In this document: positions 62,482 through 64,000 of the stretch, one piece after another
Layout: each line of letters opens with the position of its first letter
Position numbering within the stretch: position 1 is the stretch's first letter
IMG/VR virus record: IMGVR_UViG_3300036766_001530
Length of the DNA: 64,000 bases
Reading direction: 5' to 3' (one strand)
Origin: an uncultured virus (IMG/VR IMGVR_UViG_3300036766_001530)
Taxonomy: Duplodnaviria > Heunggongvirae > Uroviricota > Caudoviricetes
Translations under genes and position numbers: made by a program
Notes under the pieces: generated by a model
What the model was told of the DNA's origin: nothing
Seen by the model: the letters and a program-made list of their open reading frames with translations, nothing else
The model's database searches: none

Positions 62482-63588
62482 CTAGCCCCGCAGCGCCTTC
62501 CGCGCCGCCATGCGAGCGCCCATCGTGTCACCGGCCTGGTAGCGAGACAGTCCCTCACGACCTTGATCGGTGATCGTGACCTTCACCAGCCTCGGCTGCC
62601 GCTCGCCCCCGAAGCTCGGCTCGTTCAGGAAGTCCCACGTCGCCATGTTCCGACCCTTGAGATCGCAAGCCGTGTAGTAGGTCGACATGTCCACGTCCTG
62701 GTAGACGTGCTCGCCACCTTTGTTGACGAGATCCGCGAGCAGCTCGGCCTGCTTCTTCGAGACCGGCTTCGGTGGTGGGAGAGGCTTCGCCGGCTTCGCT
62801 CCTCGACGAGCCGTGGGTGGAGGAGGTGGAAGACCCTGGGAGGAAGCGAGCTGACGCCGCACGTAGTCGAAGTAGCTCGGCTTGGTCGCACCACGAATCG
62901 TCGTGAACATCATCATGGGCCGCTGATGTTCGAGCCAGGCGAGGAGTGTTGCTCCGGGGCGATTGGCCCCAGCGGGCGCCGGCAACGATCGCAAGAGCTT
63001 CTGCGTCGCCTCCGAGTAGTACCAGGCTCGGCCCTCTGCCACCTGCGAGACCTGCGGCTCGGGTAGACGGCCGAGCTTCTCTGGCGAGTAGATCCAGGTT
63101 GCGGTGCGACCACCAAGCACCTTGATGTCACTCTCCAGGCCGGAAATCTGAGTCTTGGTCGCGTGTTTCTTCGTCTCGACCGCCGCTTCCCAGCTCTGGC
63201 AGTAGCCGCTGCCGTACTCGCCCTTCCAGCCCGGGCTGATCGCGATGCTCTTGGTCGGCCGCTTCCCTCCCCACTCCCTCTTTCGAGTCGGATCGGCAAC
63301 GTCGATGTAGAGGGACGTCACACGACCTGCGTTCAGATCCGCGAGGTACTGCCGCTCATTCACGAGCCAGGCTTCGAGCTTGCCCTTCCAGTGCTTCGTG
63401 AACTCGCACGACAGCTCGAACGGTAGGTGCCCTTCTCCAGCGCAACGCCCGACCGTCTCGCCCGTCCCAGGTCGCCGATACCCGTGCAGGACCAGCACCG
63501 GATCTTTCGAGCGAGCTTTCGGCTTGACGATTTGCTGTCGGAGGCAGGCCTGACAGGTGCCCTGGAACCGCTTGTCATCGTCGCTCAT
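62482..63588 (-). CDS. Hypothetical protein (leaderless) inserted antisense in the tRNA array
   Basis: GTCQAC...LHGY...GRCAG; TGG-TAGCGT 6 nt before ATG. Confidence 0.7.
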   Translation of the reverse strand: MSDDDKRFQGTCQACLRQQIVKPKARSKDPVLVLHGYRRPGTGETVGRCAGEGHLPFELSCEFTKHWKGKLEAWLVNERQYLADLNAGRVTSLYIDVADPTRKREWGGKRPTKSIAISPGWKGEYGSGYCQSWEAAVETKKHATKTQISGLESDIKVLGGRTATWIYSPEKLGRLPEPQVSQVAEGRAWYYSEATQKLLRSLPAPAGANRPGATLLAWLEHQRPMMMFTTIRGATKPSYFDYVRRQLASSQGLPPPPPTARRGAKPAKPLPPPKPVSKKQAELLADLVNKGGEHVYQDVDMSTYYTACDLKGRNMATWDFLNEPSFGGERQPRLVKVTITDQGREGLSRYQAGDTMGARMAARKALRG

Positions 63589-63628
63589 GGGCACACGCTA
63601 CCAGAAGTAGAGCCTTGCATCACCACTT

Positions 63629-63708
63629 GGAGCCGTAGGGGAGCCAGGCCGTCCCCGCTGGTCTGTCACACCAGAGATCGCTGGGTTCAAATCCCGCCGG
63701 CTCCGCCA
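63629..63708 (+). tRNA. trnD: tRNA-Asp(GTC)
   Basis: CTGGT-CTGTCAC-ACCAG, GCCA end. Confidence 0.88.
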
Positions 63709-64000
63709 TCGTCAGTCCACTGCCGCCGTCTCGGAGGCCAAGAGTTGGTAGCCTTCCGGGTGCGAAAGCATGAGTCGCGGAGCGACGAATTCCGCTCCGG
63801 TCCGGTCCGATTCATTCCACCGCCGCCGTCTCAGGAACGAGAAGCTGATAGCCCTCCGGGTGCGAGAGAAGCTCGGGGAACATCTCGGCCAGTCGCAGGC
63901 TCTCACAACGACGAAGCGTCTCTGGCGATCCACCGATCTCGACTTCGTAGGCTTCGCAGTCGTCCGAGCAGGTGCAGGTCCCCGACACGATGCGGACGGC

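Larger units (their letters stand above)
6329..63810 (+). repeat. Dispersed hairpin repeat family GTGA-GCCGC-GRA-GCGGC-GAACTCCG + variable TCCG-based tail (~51 loci)
   Basis: + strand starts: 6329, 8671, 9746 (partial), 10543, 11516, 14112, 14582, 18099, 18671, 18800, 19725, 20000, 22119, 23360, 24990, 25306, 27824, 28691, 30259, 31090, 32914, 33342, 35042, 35619, 38859 (partial), 40039, 40199, 41742, 41903, 44086, 44820, 45261, 45826, 51556, 53677, 53990, 54556, 56972, 57630, 58448, 58677, 60352, 60420, 60568, 61011, 61149, 62368, 63770; - strand: 19061-19088 (degenerate), 21301-21330, 35281-35310. Confidence 0.97.

Noticed and set aside
6329..63810. Element as an N4-type hairpin promoter or an intrinsic terminator
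   Set aside because: Orientation does not follow gene direction, many copies lie inside ORFs and tRNAs, there is no U tract, and conventional promoters are already present. Not fully excluded as a secondary role.
6329..63810. Element as a sequencing adapter or assembly artefact
   Set aside because: Covarying subfamilies, degenerate old copies and frame preservation in ORFs indicate biological origin; read-level confirmation is still advisable.

Overview
High-GC window that reads like the accessory/early region of a large phage or similar mobile replicon. No capsid, terminase or polymerase genes are visible; a Cys-rich lipoprotein hints at a Myxococcota host. From 1 to ~54 kb it is a dense, almost entirely minus-strand run of small ORFs with a few recognisable enzymes (adenylosuccinate-synthetase-like, YjjX-type ITPase, vWA, J-domain kinase, NrtR, PP2C, nucleoside deoxyribosyltransferase, RtcB plus a homing endonuclease, several ParB-like proteins). 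From ~55 to 63.7 kb it is a plus-strand array of 31 tRNA genes (19 amino acids, no Leu seen). The dominant unexplained signal is a ~25-45 nt hairpin element, GTGA-GCCGC-GAA-GCGGC-GAACTCCG plus a variable TCCG-based tail, at about 51 loci by manual count. 48 of these are on the + strand regardless of gene direction. It has a covarying stem, a sharp 5' end and a ragged 3' tail. It sits in frame inside proteins, truncates tRNAs, nests into itself and joins diverged alleles of the same gene. Other highlights: a leader-peptide attenuator in front of the tRNA array, C33 in 10 of 31 tRNAs, a synonymously recoded patch in rtcB next to a free-standing endonuclease, and a repeated promoter family driving leaderless mRNAs. 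All counts and alignments were done by eye.
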